From: an uncultured Chloroflexia bacterium
GTDB lineage: Bacteria; Chloroflexota; Limnocylindria; QHBO01
Direction: 5' to 3'
DNA: 64,000 nucleotides
Assembly (NCBI GenBank): GCA_963825525.1
Contig: CAWGTN010000002.1
Coordinates: 704,001 to 768,000, forward strand
Positions 30,393 through 41,900 of this stretch are shown in pieces (position 1 is the stretch's first letter; each line of letters begins with the position of its first letter). The position numbers and the translations under genes are program-made. The notes under the pieces were generated by a model that was given only the letters and a program-made list of their open reading frames with translations, ran no database searches and had not been told where the DNA came from.

Positions 30393-31589
30393 CTACGTGG
30401 CGCCCGTCGGGTCTGATCCGGTGGCCCTGGCGAGCCGCTCCTTGAGCATCGCGAGCAGTGTAACCGGGGTGGGATCGGTCTGGTAGAGAATTGCGAGATA
30501 TACGCTCACCAGGTCGCCATATGCGACGGTCGACAGCACCCGTGCGAGCGCCGACGGGCCCTCCGCCCAGACCTCGCTGCGGCTGGTTGCCCGCTCGCCG
30601 AGGAGCTCCTCTACGACCCGATAGCGGTCGGCGATGGCCTCGGGCTCGCCACGGTCGCGCAGCTGGATGACGTGGAGCGCGTCGCTCAGCTCGCGGGGGT
30701 TGAGGCTCCCCTCGATCGCGTTGTGATTCGCCTCCGGCATCGCCTCCCATGAGGCCCACGCCTTGGCGTTCTCGTTCATCTGGGTCTTCCACCGATGCGC
30801 GACCGGCGCCATGGCTCCGTGACCGTAGATGACCGGGATCCTGCCGAAGATGGACCACGCCAGCTGCTTGGCCGGGTTGGCCTCGGTGTCGACCGCCGGC
30901 CCGGTCCGTTCCAGCAGCTCCTCGAGCGCGGCCGCAGCCGGCCCGACGGGATCAGGATCGACGATCAGGCCCGCACGCGACAGGACCTCGTGCATGAGCC
31001 CGATGCCGAAGCCGATGGCAGCCCTCGGTTGACCCGGGAGCCGGTAGCGCAGCAGCGGGATGTCCGCCTCGCCGGCGGCGGCTCCCATCCCGCCCCCCGT
31101 CGTGATGATGGCAAGCGGCAGGTCGCGCTCGCGTGCCGCGCGCAGTCCGGAGAGGGTCTCCGCAGTCTCCCCGGAATGGCTGGCAGCGATGACCAGCGTC
31201 CGTGGTCCGGTGCCGGCCGGCAACCCGTAGTCGCGGTGCACCAGCAGCGGCACGCGCAGCCGCTCCCCGGCAACTGCCGCCACCAGCTCGGCGCCGATCG
31301 CCGACCCACCCATGGCGAGCACGACGACATGGTCCACATCGGTGTGGCGATCGTCGAGGCGCAGCGTCGCACCCAGTCGTCGGGCTTCCGAGAGCTGGCG
31401 CGGCAGGTCCATGACCCGCCCGAGCATGTCCTCCGGGTCGATCCGCTTGCGGGTCGCCGGGTCGTCCAGGGTGACGGCCTCCTCGAACAGCGGCGGACGC
31501 TGGTCGTCGCCCTCGCCCTCGGCCGCCGGATCGGGACGCCCGGGCTCCTCGTCAGGGTTCTTGTAGCCGAAGTAGTCGCGGGCATCCAT
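30393..31589 (-). CDS. Bifunctional phosphoglucose/phosphomannose isomerase
   Basis: MGGSAIG, SHSGETAET, QPRAA, RWKTQMNENAK and PEANHN. Confidence 0.92.
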   Translation of the reverse strand: MDARDYFGYKNPDEEPGRPDPAAEGEGDDQRPPLFEEAVTLDDPATRKRIDPEDMLGRVMDLPRQLSEARRLGATLRLDDRHTDVDHVVVLAMGGSAIGAELVAAVAGERLRVPLLVHRDYGLPAGTGPRTLVIAASHSGETAETLSGLRAARERDLPLAIITTGGGMGAAAGEADIPLLRYRLPGQPRAAIGFGIGLMHEVLSRAGLIVDPDPVGPAAAALEELLERTGPAVDTEANPAKQLAWSIFGRIPVIYGHGAMAPVAHRWKTQMNENAKAWASWEAMPEANHNAIEGSLNPRELSDALHVIQLRDRGEPEAIADRYRVVEELLGERATSRSEVWAEGPSALARVLSTVAYGDLVSVYLAILYQTDPTPVTLLAMLKERLARATGSDPTGAT

Positions 31590-31591
31590 GC

Positions 31592-33037
31592 CTATGTCGC
31601 GCCCGCGATGACGCGGCCTTCGGAGAGCAGCGTCTCCACGTCCCCGGGAGAGCGAGCCTCGGCATAGACGCGCAGCAGCGCTTCGGTCCCGCTGAAGCGA
31701 ATCAGCATCCATGATCCATCGGCCCGGTAGAACTTGAAGCCGTCGCCCGTGTCGAGGGTCGTCCGCTCCACCACCTCCTGGCCGCCGAGGCTGCTCGGGG
31801 CCTGCTCGGCCAGGCGGCCCAGGGTGTCTGATTTCACGCGGTCGTACCCCTCACGAGGAAACCTGAAGTCGAGGCGGTTGTAATAGCTCGGACCGGCCAG
31901 CGCCTGGAGCTCGGCGAGCACCTCGGACGCCTTGCCGCCGCGCGTCAGCCACAGGTCGAGCAGGAAGAGGCCCGAGGCGATCCCGTCGCGTTCCGGGATA
32001 TGCATCCCGAACCCGAAGCCGCCGGACTCCTCGCCGCCGATCACGGCATCGGTCTCGGTCATCTTCGGACCGACGAACTTGAATCCCACACCGGTCTCGT
32101 ACGCCTGGGTGCCGTAGATCTCGGCCAGGCGCTTCGCCATGCTGGTCGTCGTGACCGTGTACACCGCCGGGCCGATCTGGCCGCGTACCTCGAGCAGGTA
32201 CCAGTACAGCAGGCCGTAGACCTGGAGCTGGTTGACGAACACGCCCTCCTCGGTGGCCATCCCGACCCGGTCCGCGTCGCCGTCGAACGCGATCCCGATG
32301 TCCGCGTTCCAGCGCGGAATCTCGTCGAGCCACTCGTCGACGTTGGGGCGGATCGGCTCGGGGTTGACCCCACCGAAGAAGGGGTTGCGCTCCGTGTGCA
32401 TCTCGCGGACCGTGAGCTTCCCGTCTCCCAGGAGGCGGGTCATCCAGCCCGATCCCGAGCCATGAATCGCCTCGACCAGCACCCGGCGATCCGCGGCGCG
32501 GATGCGCTCGAGATCCACGATGCTGGCCAGCTGCTCGCGGAATCGGGGATAGGCATCGAACGTCTCGACGAGGCCGGCCGCGACCGCATCGTCGAAGTCG
32601 CGCCGGGGCGGGAGCTCGTCCTCGGGATGCGTGTCCATGGTGGCCTCGATGGCCGCCAGCATCTCCGGTGCGGCCGCCCCACCGGTATCGGCCTTGACCT
32701 TGAAGCCATTGTCGGTCCACGGGTTGTGGCTGGCGGTGATCACGATGCCGGCGCCCGCACCCAGCTCGCGGGTGAAGAAGCTGCCGACCTGGGTCGGCAC
32801 GGCCTCGCCGGGCATGAACGTCCGGATGTCGTGAGCCGCGAGGACCTCGACGCAGGCACGGGCGAAGTGCTCGCTGGCGAAGCGCCGATCCCAGCACACG
32901 ACGACGCCTCGATCGGCGGCCCCGGTCTGCTGCAGATACTCGGCGACGCCGCGCGCGCAGCGCCGAACGTTGTGGAACGTATAGTCCTCGGCGATGGCGG
33001 CGCGCCATCCATCGGTTCCGAACTTGATCTTCGTCAC
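31592..33037 (-). CDS. Phosphoglucomutase/phosphomannomutase
   Basis: FGTDGWR, ITASHNP, FDGDADR and GGEESGG. Start could be GTG 33037 or ATG 33085. Confidence 0.94.
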   Translation of the reverse strand: MTKIKFGTDGWRAAIAEDYTFHNVRRCARGVAEYLQQTGAADRGVVVCWDRRFASEHFARACVEVLAAHDIRTFMPGEAVPTQVGSFFTRELGAGAGIVITASHNPWTDNGFKVKADTGGAAAPEMLAAIEATMDTHPEDELPPRRDFDDAVAAGLVETFDAYPRFREQLASIVDLERIRAADRRVLVEAIHGSGSGWMTRLLGDGKLTVREMHTERNPFFGGVNPEPIRPNVDEWLDEIPRWNADIGIAFDGDADRVGMATEEGVFVNQLQVYGLLYWYLLEVRGQIGPAVYTVTTTSMAKRLAEIYGTQAYETGVGFKFVGPKMTETDAVIGGEESGGFGFGMHIPERDGIASGLFLLDLWLTRGGKASEVLAELQALAGPSYYNRLDFRFPREGYDRVKSDTLGRLAEQAPSSLGGQEVVERTTLDTGDGFKFYRADGSWMLIRFSGTEALLRVYAEARSPGDVETLLSEGRVIAGAT

Positions 33038-33123
33038 GGAGTGGGCGACTCGGCTGCAGGCTCCAACGGCTCCCTCGACCTCCATGGTAGCGAGTCGCGT
33101 CGCGGCTGGCGCCGAACGGGAAG

Positions 33124-33774
33124 TCAGGCCATGCGTCGATCAGCCCGCGCGGCGACCTCATCGAGGGAATCCTGCAGCCTGGCCAGCAGCGGACGGAGCG
33201 GCTGGCGCGGCGCAACCATGATCGGTTCCGCCTCCTCGACACGCAGGACGCTGAACGGAAGCGGCACCAGGTGTCGGTCCCAGCGACCCGACATCCGCCA
33301 CGGGGGTCGCACGGCCACGGCCCACGGCTGAAGCGGCACACCGGCCTCGCGGGCCACGATCAGCGCCCCCGGCTTTGCCCGGCGATACGGGCCGCTCGGG
33401 CCGTCGGGGCTGACGACCGGCGACGCGCCGTCGCGTCCGAGACGCGCCAGCTCGCGCGACAGGCGAGCCCCCTCCGACCGATCACCCTCCGCCGGCAGCT
33501 CGACCGAGCCGGAGTCCAGGGCCAGCAGCATGGAGGTCATCACGACCCCGCGGAACGTCTGGGTGCTGAAGCTGACGTGGTGCTGGTGACGGCGCAGCCG
33601 CCATGCGGCGATGGCGGCCGCCAGGTTGTACTCGTGCCAGAACGCGAGCACCACCTGGTCCTGGGTGACCTCCGCGCCGCGCACCCGGCAGGTCGTCCCC
33701 ACCAGCCGCACATACCACGACAGGCAGCGCCCCACCCCGCGCGCCAGCCAGGCATGCCGGATGGGCCGGCTCAG
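33124..33774 (-). CDS. DUF374 / lysophospholipid acyltransferase-like protein
   Basis: LAFWH, SPDGPSGP..AKPG and WDRHLVPLPFS. Start is uncertain: the frame is open to a CTG overlapping the manC stop, and the ORF track uses GTG 33735. Confidence 0.75.
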   Translation of the reverse strand: MSRPIRHAWLARGVGRCLSWYVRLVGTTCRVRGAEVTQDQVVLAFWHEYNLAAAIAAWRLRRHQHHVSFSTQTFRGVVMTSMLLALDSGSVELPAEGDRSEGARLSRELARLGRDGASPVVSPDGPSGPYRRAKPGALIVAREAGVPLQPWAVAVRPPWRMSGRWDRHLVPLPFSVLRVEEAEPIMVAPRQPLRPLLARLQDSLDEVAARADRRMA

Positions 33775-34841
33775 AGGTAGCGCTCCCCGACGGTGCGGGC
33801 GATCTCGTCGAGCACCGGCTTGATCTCCTCGGCCCGGTCACGATGACAGACCAGCAGCGCGTCCGGCGTGTCGACGATGATGAGGTCCTCGAGGCCGACC
33901 GTGACCACCAGGCGCTCGCCGCCGTGCACGAGCACGCGGTGCGAACCGCGGTCGAGGTGACGGCCGCTGGCCACGAGGTCGGCGCCGCTCGCGCTCGATA
34001 GGGCCTCGAGCAGTGCGGACCAGGAGCCGATGTCCGACCAGCCCGCGGCCAGCGGCACCACGGCCATCCGACCCTCGGCGGCCGCTGGCTCCGCGATCCC
34101 GACATCGATGGTGATGGCGGGGATGGGCTCGAGCATCGTTCGGACCTCGGTCATCCAGCCCGGGGTGCGATGGAGCGCCTCCACGCGATCAAGCGCCGAT
34201 GCGAGCGCCGGCTGGAATCGCTCCACCGCCTGGCGGAAGGCATAGGCTCTCCACACGAAGACGCCCGAGTTCCAGTAGTAGCCGCCCGCTTCGATGAACG
34301 AACCCGCCTGCGCGGCATCCGGCTTCTCCACGAATCGCTCGACCACCGCGGTCGACGTGCTGGCGTGCATCGGCGCGCCGGCCTTGATGTAGCCATACGC
34401 GGTCGCGGCATGCGTCGGCGAGACTCCCAGCGTCACGAGGTACCCGCGCTCTGCGGTGCGTGCCGCTTCCCGCAGGGCTTCGAGGAATGCCCCTTCGTCC
34501 GCCACGAAATGATCCGCCGGCAGCACCACGGCCACCTCGTCCGACTCGCGACGCGCGAGGATCATGGCCAGGCCGGCCGCCACTGCCGTCGAGCGCGCAA
34601 GTGGCTCGCCGAGCACGTTGTCCTCGGGCAGCTGCGGAAGCTGACGCTGGGTGACGCGAACGTGCGCCTGGCTGGTGATCACGTAGATGTCGTGCGGCTT
34701 CAGCAGCCCGCCAAGCCGCGCGACGGTCTGCTGAAGGAGGCTCGTGTCGCCGACGAGCGGCAGCAGCTGCTTCGGCGTCTCACGCCGCGAGAGCGGCCAG
34801 AGACGGGTGCCGGACCCGCCGGCCATGACGATCGCGAACAT
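33771..34841 (-). CDS. manC: Mannose-1-phosphate guanylyltransferase
   Basis: MAGGSGTRLWPLSR..PKQ, FVEKPD, WNSGVF and WSDIGSW. Confidence 0.94.
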   Translation of the reverse strand: MFAIVMAGGSGTRLWPLSRRETPKQLLPLVGDTSLLQQTVARLGGLLKPHDIYVITSQAHVRVTQRQLPQLPEDNVLGEPLARSTAVAAGLAMILARRESDEVAVVLPADHFVADEGAFLEALREAARTAERGYLVTLGVSPTHAATAYGYIKAGAPMHASTSTAVVERFVEKPDAAQAGSFIEAGGYYWNSGVFVWRAYAFRQAVERFQPALASALDRVEALHRTPGWMTEVRTMLEPIPAITIDVGIAEPAAAEGRMAVVPLAAGWSDIGSWSALLEALSSASGADLVASGRHLDRGSHRVLVHGGERLVVTVGLEDLIIVDTPDALLVCHRDRAEEIKPVLDEIARTVGERYL

Positions 34842-34863
34842 CGGCTGAGGCTAGCAGACGGCC

Positions 34864-35730
34864 TCAGTCGGGGGTGTCCGTGGGCGTCTCGCGCTCCACG
34901 TCCGCCTCGAGTCGATCGCCGAGCTCAAGCGTGCGCCGGTACGCGGCCCATACGGCATCGCTGAAGACCGTCCTGATCCGGCCCTTCTCGAGCTCGTAGA
35001 TCGCCGCCGCGCTCGTCCCGCCGGGCGACGTCACGGCATTCCGCAGCTGGGCGGGATGCAGCTCAGACTGCTGGGCGTACTCGGCCGAACCCACCAGGGT
35101 CCCGACCACGAGATCGTGCGCCAGCTCCCGCGGAAATCCGAGATGCACGCCCGCGTCGATGAGCGCCTCCATGACGGCGAACAGGTACGTCGGCCCCGTT
35201 CCCGAGAGCGCCGTGGCCATCGCCACGAATGACTCGTCCGCCACTTCGCGCTCGTCACCCAGGGATCGCAGTGCGGCACGAGCGAGGTCGCGCTGCCGCG
35301 GCGTGCATGCCGGCGACGGGCTCCAGACCGTGATCCCCCGCCGGATCTGCGACGGCGTGTTCGGCATGGCGCGCACCACCGCGGTGTGCTGCAGCCCATC
35401 GACCAGCGAGCGAATCGTCGCGCCCGCCACGATCGAGAGGACGACCTGCTCCGGCCCGATCGCACCACGCAGCTCGCGCATCACGCGGCCGAGCATCTGC
35501 GGCTTCACGGCCAGGACCACCAGCTCGGCATCGGTCAGCGCGTCGCGGTTCGTCTCGACGGGCCGGATGCCGTGGCGCTCGGCAAGAATGTCGCGCCGCT
35601 CCTGGCGCGGGTGCGATGCGACCAGCAGCTCGGGTCCGAGCGCACGATTGGCCAACAGGCCGGCGATCATCGCCTCGGCCATCACGCCCGCACCGACGAT
35701 GCCCACCCGCATGGGTCCGCGCTCCGTCAT
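34864..35730 (-). CDS. proC: Pyrroline-5-carboxylate reductase
   Basis: GAGVMA, LAVKPQ, RAMPNTP and VTSPGGTS. Confidence 0.95.
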   Translation of the reverse strand: MTERGPMRVGIVGAGVMAEAMIAGLLANRALGPELLVASHPRQERRDILAERHGIRPVETNRDALTDAELVVLAVKPQMLGRVMRELRGAIGPEQVVLSIVAGATIRSLVDGLQHTAVVRAMPNTPSQIRRGITVWSPSPACTPRQRDLARAALRSLGDEREVADESFVAMATALSGTGPTYLFAVMEALIDAGVHLGFPRELAHDLVVGTLVGSAEYAQQSELHPAQLRNAVTSPGGTSAAAIYELEKGRIRTVFSDAVWAAYRRTLELGDRLEADVERETPTDTPD

Positions 35731-36299
35731 CCGATCTCCTCCGTCCGCTCGCCGACCGCGACCTCGGTTCCGATCAACTCCCGCGCCGACTCGATCTCGG
35801 TGGCCGGCGCCCCGGCGCGATCGAGGAGCGTCACCGCCGCGGCCCCCATGCGCCGCGCCGTCGTCACCTCCCCGCGCTCGAGCAGCGCACGACCCAGACC
35901 CAGCGAGGCGAGTCCCTGTTCCAGCTCGGCACCGATGTCCCTGGCCTCGCCGATCGCCTCGGCATAGTAGCGGCGGGCGCTGTCCGGATCTCCCGCGGCC
36001 GCCCGAACGTCGCCGATCAGGCGCGCGGCCCGCACCGCCTCCAGGGTCATCTCCGCCTGCTCGTAGTGCCAGAGCGCCCGATGGCCCCATAGATCGGCGG
36101 GCCACCACGCCTGCTCCAGGACGGCCCGTTCCATGGCCGATGTCGCCGCCGTCGCGGCGGCGGCGTGGTCACGCGACCGATCGGCCGCGAGATACGCGGC
36201 GGCGCGTTCGTCTCGTCGGAGCGCGGGCGGCAGGTCACGAAGGCCGCCGACCGGCGCCAGCGGCTCGAGGTGGAGCAGCGATCCGGCGCGAGCCATCAT
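35727..36299 (-). CDS. TPR-like helical repeat protein
   Basis: GDPDSARRYYAEA and LGRALLERGEVTTARR. Stop overlaps the proC start. Confidence 0.65.
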   Translation of the reverse strand: MMARAGSLLHLEPLAPVGGLRDLPPALRRDERAAAYLAADRSRDHAAAATAATSAMERAVLEQAWWPADLWGHRALWHYEQAEMTLEAVRAARLIGDVRAAAGDPDSARRYYAEAIGEARDIGAELEQGLASLGLGRALLERGEVTTARRMGAAAVTLLDRAGAPATEIESARELIGTEVAVGERTEEIG

Positions 36300-36379
36300 T
36301 CGCCTGAGCGGACCCGGTGCCGGCTCGCCCCAATGGCGATCAGGACGCCGATGCTGGTGTCCGGTGCCCATGTGCAGAA

Positions 36380-37573
36380 TCAGCTGCTGCCGCTCGCGCG
36401 GAGCTCGTCGATTCGGTCGGTGCGCTCCCAGGGCAGATCCAGGTCGTCTCGCCCGAAGTGGCCGTAGGCAGCGGTCTGGCGATAGATCGGCCGCCGCAGG
36501 TCGAGGTCGCGGATGATGGCGCCCGGCCGCAGGTCGAACGTGCGATCGACGATCCCAACCAGCCGTTCGTCGGGCATGGTCCCCGTCCCGAACGTCTCGA
36601 CGTTGATCGCAAGCGGGCGGGCCACGCCAATCGCGTAGGCGAGCTGGACCTCGCACCGTCGCGCGAGGCCGGCGGCGACGACGTTCTTGGCCACGTAGCG
36701 CGCCATGTAGGCACCCGAGCGGTCCACCTTCGTCGGATCCTTGCCACTGAAGCTGCCGCCGCCATGGCGCGCCATGCCGCCGTAGGTGTCGACGATGATC
36801 TTCCGGCCCGAGAGCCCCGAGTCGCCCATTGGACCGCCGATCACGAAGCGCCCGGTGGGGTTGACCAGGTGTCGGGTCCGATCGTCGAGCAGGGCGCTGG
36901 GAATCGCCGCCTCGACCACGTGGGTGCGGATCGCCGAGGCGAGCTCGTCCAGGTCGACATCGGGGTCGTGCTGCGTGCTCACCAGCACCGTGTGCACCCG
37001 GCGCGGCCGACCGTCGAGGTCGTATTCGACGGTCACCTGGCTCTTGCCGTCGGGCCGCAGGTACGGCAGCGTGCCATCCTTCCGGACCTGCGCCAGCCGA
37101 CGAGCGACGCGGTGTGCCAGCATGACGGGCATCGGCATCAGCTCCTCGGACTCGTCGGATGCGTAGCCGAACATCATCCCCTGGTCGCCTGCTCCGAGCT
37201 CGTCCGGATCGCGACCTTCCCGCGCCTCGAGCGCATGGTCCACGCCGAGGGCGATGTCCGGCGACTGCTCCTTGATGGCCGTCATGGTCCCGCAGGTTTC
37301 CCAGTCGAAGCCGAGACGGCTGTCGTTGTAGCCGATCTCGCGCACGGTCCGCCGCACCACCTCCTGCACATCGACGTAATGCGTCGTGGTCAGCTCACCG
37401 ATGACGATCACCAATCCCGTGGTGGTCGCCACCTCGACCGCGGCACGCGCGGCCGGATCGTGGGCGAGCACATCGTCGAGGATGGCGTCGGCCACGGCGT
37501 CGCAGAGCTTGTCCGGGTGTCCCTCGGTCACTGACTCCGAGGTGAAGAGATAGGACGGCTTGTCGTCTGGCAT
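36380..37573 (-). CDS. metK: S-adenosylmethionine synthetase
   Basis: [19 protein letters not shown] and [16 protein letters not shown]. Alternative start at 37594. Confidence 0.97.
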   Translation of the reverse strand: MPDDKPSYLFTSESVTEGHPDKLCDAVADAILDDVLAHDPAARAAVEVATTTGLVIVIGELTTTHYVDVQEVVRRTVREIGYNDSRLGFDWETCGTMTAIKEQSPDIALGVDHALEAREGRDPDELGAGDQGMMFGYASDESEELMPMPVMLAHRVARRLAQVRKDGTLPYLRPDGKSQVTVEYDLDGRPRRVHTVLVSTQHDPDVDLDELASAIRTHVVEAAIPSALLDDRTRHLVNPTGRFVIGGPMGDSGLSGRKIIVDTYGGMARHGGGSFSGKDPTKVDRSGAYMARYVAKNVVAAGLARRCEVQLAYAIGVARPLAINVETFGTGTMPDERLVGIVDRTFDLRPGAIIRDLDLRRPIYRQTAAYGHFGRDDLDLPWERTDRIDELRASGSS

Positions 37574-37677
37574 GCGGTCTCCGATGGTCGTCATGGGGCC
37601 CGGGGAGTGTAGCGTGGCACGTCGCATGATCGCCGGCCGAGGCCGGACTGGCGGTCCCCACACTATGCTCTGGGTCC

Positions 37678-38922
37678 ATGCCAACACTGATCACGCGCCA
37701 CCCCGACCTCCTCGACTATCGCGCCGAGTTTCCCCTGCTCGCCCGCTCCACGTACCTCAACACCTGCTCGCTCGGAGCTCGCTCCGAGCGCTCTAGGCAC
37801 CGCCTGGACCGGTTCCTCGACGAGTGGGACAGCCTGGGTGCCCGGGCCTGGTATCGGCTCTGGCTCGGCGAGCTCGACGCGTTGCGCGCCGATTTCGGGA
37901 CGCTGGTGGGCGTCCCCGGTCGCGAGATCTCGCTGGCACCGAGCGTCAGCGCCGCCCTTGCCGTGGTCGCATCGGCGCTCGACCCCGTCCACCGCGGGGA
38001 TCCGGCCGCACTCGGCCGGCTGCGGGAGGCGGGGGTCCCGGTCGGGGGCCGCGGACGCACGCGAATCGTGACCACGGCGCTCGACTTTCCGACCATCGGA
38101 CACCAATGGCTGGCCCGAGAACCGCTCGGCGTCGAGGTGGTCGTGGTGCCGACCCACGACGGACTCACCGTGCGCATGGAGGACATCGCCGCCGCGGTCG
38201 ACGAGCGCACCGCCCTGCTGGCCATCGGCCACGTCTTCTTCACCTCGGGCGCCGTGAACGACCTGGGGGCACTGGCGCGCATGTGTCGCGAGCGCGGCGC
38301 GCTGCTCCTGGTCGACGCCTACCAGGCCACCGGCATCGTCCCCACCGACCTCCTGGCGGACGATGTCGATATCTACGTATCCGGCACCCTGAAGTGGCTG
38401 CACGGGGGGCCGGGCACGGCGTTCCTCCGCGTGCGTCCCGGCCTGTGGGACGCGCTCGTGCCGACCACGACCGGATGGTTCAGCAGCGCCCGCCAGTTCG
38501 ACTTCGATGTCTCGCACCTTGACCTTGCCGACGACGGCCGGCGCTACGAGCTCGGCACGCCATCGGTGCCTTCGGCCGTGATCGCGCGCGGCGGCACCGA
38601 GCTCGTGCTCGAGATCGGCGTGGGGCGCCTGGCCGAGCGGACCGGTGACCTCGGCGATCTGCTCATCGGCGTGGCCGATGCGGCCGGGCTGGAGGTTCGG
38701 GCCGTCAGGGATCAACGGCGGCGCGGGGGCATCGTGGCGGTCGCGGCTCCGGATCCATCCGCCGTCGTCCGAGCGCTGGCTGATGACGACGGCATCATCG
38801 TCGACTTCCGGCCCGGGATCGTCCGCTGCTCCCCTGCCTTCTACAACACCGAGGAGGAAGTGGGTCGCCTGGTCGATCGCCTGGCGGCGGGCATCGGTGC
38901 CGCGGAGCCGTCGGTCAGCTGA
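37678..38922 (+). CDS. PLP-dependent class V aminotransferase (kynureninase/desulfurase-like)
   Basis: [27 protein letters not shown] and RCSPAFYNT. Confidence 0.88.
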   Translation: MPTLITRHPDLLDYRAEFPLLARSTYLNTCSLGARSERSRHRLDRFLDEWDSLGARAWYRLWLGELDALRADFGTLVGVPGREISLAPSVSAALAVVASALDPVHRGDPAALGRLREAGVPVGGRGRTRIVTTALDFPTIGHQWLAREPLGVEVVVVPTHDGLTVRMEDIAAAVDERTALLAIGHVFFTSGAVNDLGALARMCRERGALLLVDAYQATGIVPTDLLADDVDIYVSGTLKWLHGGPGTAFLRVRPGLWDALVPTTTGWFSSARQFDFDVSHLDLADDGRRYELGTPSVPSAVIARGGTELVLEIGVGRLAERTGDLGDLLIGVADAAGLEVRAVRDQRRRGGIVAVAAPDPSAVVRALADDDGIIVDFRPGIVRCSPAFYNTEEEVGRLVDRLAAGIGAAEPSVS

Positions 38923-41900
38923 GGCCGAACAGGCCGAGCCGATGTGCCAACGCGGCCGCCTGACTGCGACGGGTGACGCCGAGCTTGCCGAGGATGTTGC
39001 TGACGTGGACTCCCGCCGTGCTCTCGGCGACGAACAGGACCTCCGCGATCCGGCGGTTGCTGCAGCCGTCGGCCACCAGCGCAAGGACCTCACGCTCGCG
39101 CGGCGTGAGGCCCAATCTGGCGACGGCATCGTCCGCCGTGTCGACGCCTTCGAGTCCGATACGCGCGCGACGGGCGAGCGCCTCGACCGAATCACGGAGC
39201 GGCACCGCACCCAGCTCGATGGCGATGGCGTGCGCCTCGGACAGGGCCGCAGCTCCGTCCTCGCGACGTCGAGCACGCAGGGCGTCCGAGGCGAGTCCGA
39301 CCAGCGCTCGGCCGAGATCGAACGGTCGGCCCAGGGGTCGAGCTGCGGACACAACCGCCTCCCACGAAGCCACCACCGTCTCGCCGTGGCCACGTGCCAC
39401 GAGCGCGTCACCCAGGACAAGGTCCGCGGCAATCGGGGGCACCGGGTTGGATGCCACTTCTCGCACGCGGGCAACGTGCGCGCGGAGCCGTCCGTGCAGC
39501 TCGGTGGCGCGCGCAGCGGCCGCGGCCTCACGACGACGATCACCGATCTCGCGTGCCGCATCGGCCTCGTCGGCCTCAGCTCGCAGCCCCGTGACCATCA
39601 GGCGCCGGGAGTCGGTGTCGAGATCCGGCTCCTCGAGCTGGTCCAGGGTGTCCGCGACGAGGCGTCGGGCGACGCGCGGCTGGCCGGTCATGATCGCGAA
39701 CTCGGCTCGGCGGGCTGCGATGAGGTCCGGATCAGGGCCGACGACGCGCTCACCAAGTCCCGCATACGTCTGCAGGTCGGCCTCGATCGCCGCTCGCCTT
39801 CCGCGCCCGACATTGAGAAGGATCCGATTCGAGAGCAGCCAGCGCATCGCGTAGCGGTTGGGATCTCCGGCGATCTCGTCATCGAGGACGCGGCCCGCCT
39901 CCTCCCAGCGTCCAAGCTCGTAGAGGGCACGCCCCAACTTCGAGCCGATCTGGCCACCGAAGCGCGCATCCGCCCCGAGCGCGCGCACGCGCTCGCGAGC
40001 CGCGGTCGCCACCTCGACGGCCTCGGCGTGGAGCGCCGCTTCGTCGAGGGACCATCCGAGACCCACGGCGGTGAGAAAGATGGCCTGGGGATCGCCCGCG
40101 TCCAGCGCGAGGCGATATGCGTCGCGCAGCATCGGGATGCCACGCTCGAGGTCCGACCGGCAGGCGAGATCAAGTCCCAGCGCGGTGAGCGCGCGCGTCT
40201 CGGCCTGGCGGGAGCCCACGCTGCGGGAGATGGCGAGCGCCGCCTCCGCCAGGCCCATGGATTCGGTGAACCGCCCGCGGATCATGAGGGAGTGGGCGAG
40301 GTCGGCGATGACCCCGGCCCGCTCGTGCGTCGGGGGTTCGAGCGGGATGAGCTCGACTGCGCGTTCCATCGCCTGGACGCCCGATTGCCAATCCCCCGCC
40401 TCGTTGAGGTACCACGCCAGCCTGTGGTGCAGCACGCCGGCGCGCATCGGTTCCGCGACCGCATTCGTCTCCGCAAGGGCCGAGCGCACGAGGTCGATCG
40501 ATCGCCGCGTGTCCCCCGACTGCGCCGCCGCCTCGGCTGCCTCTTCCAGGATCACGGTGCGATCCAGGCCGGCTGGCAGCCGGTCCGGTGCCACCCTCGC
40601 CCATAACTCGAGCGCTCGTTCGAGCAGGGCCTGGGCTTCGTGATGGGCGAATGTCTGGACCGCAGCTCGCGCGGCGGCAATCGAGGCCGCCAAGGCGTGC
40701 TCGACGTCGTGCGCCAGCAACCAGTGATGCGCGAGCAGAGCCGCGACGCCGGCACGCTCCTGGGGATTGCGATCCGCATGACCGTCCAGGGCCATCGCGT
40801 ACGCCGCGTGAATCCGGGTCCGCTCATTCGGCAGCAGGTCCTCGTACACGACCTCCTGCACCAGGGCATGCCGGAATCGATAGCCGGGTGTCTCTTCCGG
40901 GTCGGTGGGAACCAGCAGGTGATGCTCGACCGACGTGCGGATGGCGTCCGTCAGCCTGGCGTCGGAGAGGTCGGCAACCTCTGCGAGGAGTGCGTGGTCC
41001 ACCCGCGGACCGGCGACCGACGCAAGTCGCAGGATGTGCTGCGCCTGATCCGGGAGCTGGCGGATCCGGTCGTCGAGCGTGTCCCGGAGGCTGCGTGGCA
41101 TGGCAAGCCCGCCCTTTCCGGCCGCCATGAGCTCCTCGACGAAGAGCGGATTCCCTCCCGATCGGGCGAGGACCGTCGTGACAAGGTCGGCCGATGGAGC
41201 GGTGTCGGTGATCCCGGTCAGGAGCAACTCGAGCTCGCCGTGGTCGAGTGCCGCCAGCTCCACGGTATCGACCCCTTCCTGACGAGTGAGCTCCGCGATC
41301 AGGGGACGTAGGGGATGGCGGCGATGAAGCTCGTCGGAGCGATACGTCCCGATGATGAGCAGCCGCGCGTCGCGGCCGCTGCGCACCAGGAATCGGAGCA
41401 GGTCGCGGGTCGACGGGTCAGACCAGTGAAGGTCCTCGAGCACCAGCACCACCGGCGCATCCTCCGACAGCCGACGCAGGAGGCCGAGCACCACCTCGAA
41501 GAGCCGGGCCTGATCGGCCGCCTGGCTCGTTGGCCCGGCGGACCGTGACGGTATCGGGTCGTACCCAAGGTCGGGAAGGAGGTGCGACAGGTCCGCACGC
41601 CCCGCGCCGATGAGCTCGTCGAGGCGCTCGCGCGGCAGCGAACGGAGGAGGGGTCGAAGGGCACCGACGAACGGAGCGTACGGCAGCCCGGTATCGCCCA
41701 GCTGCAGACAGTCGCCGGACAGGACGTGGGCACCGGCGGAGCGTGCCTGCTCCGTGAACTCGGCCATGAGCCGCGACTTGCCGATCCCGGCATCGCCGGC
41801 CACGAGGCACACCGTCGGCATGCGTCGGGACGCGACCGCCAGGGCGGCGTGCAGGCCCTGAAGCTGGGCGCGTCTCCCAACGAAGGTCGGACTGCTCACG

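Noticed and set aside
37574-37677. SAM or SAH riboswitch at metK or ahcY
   Set aside because: No recognisable core motif. The metK leader is very short and the ahcY start overlaps the GNAT gene.
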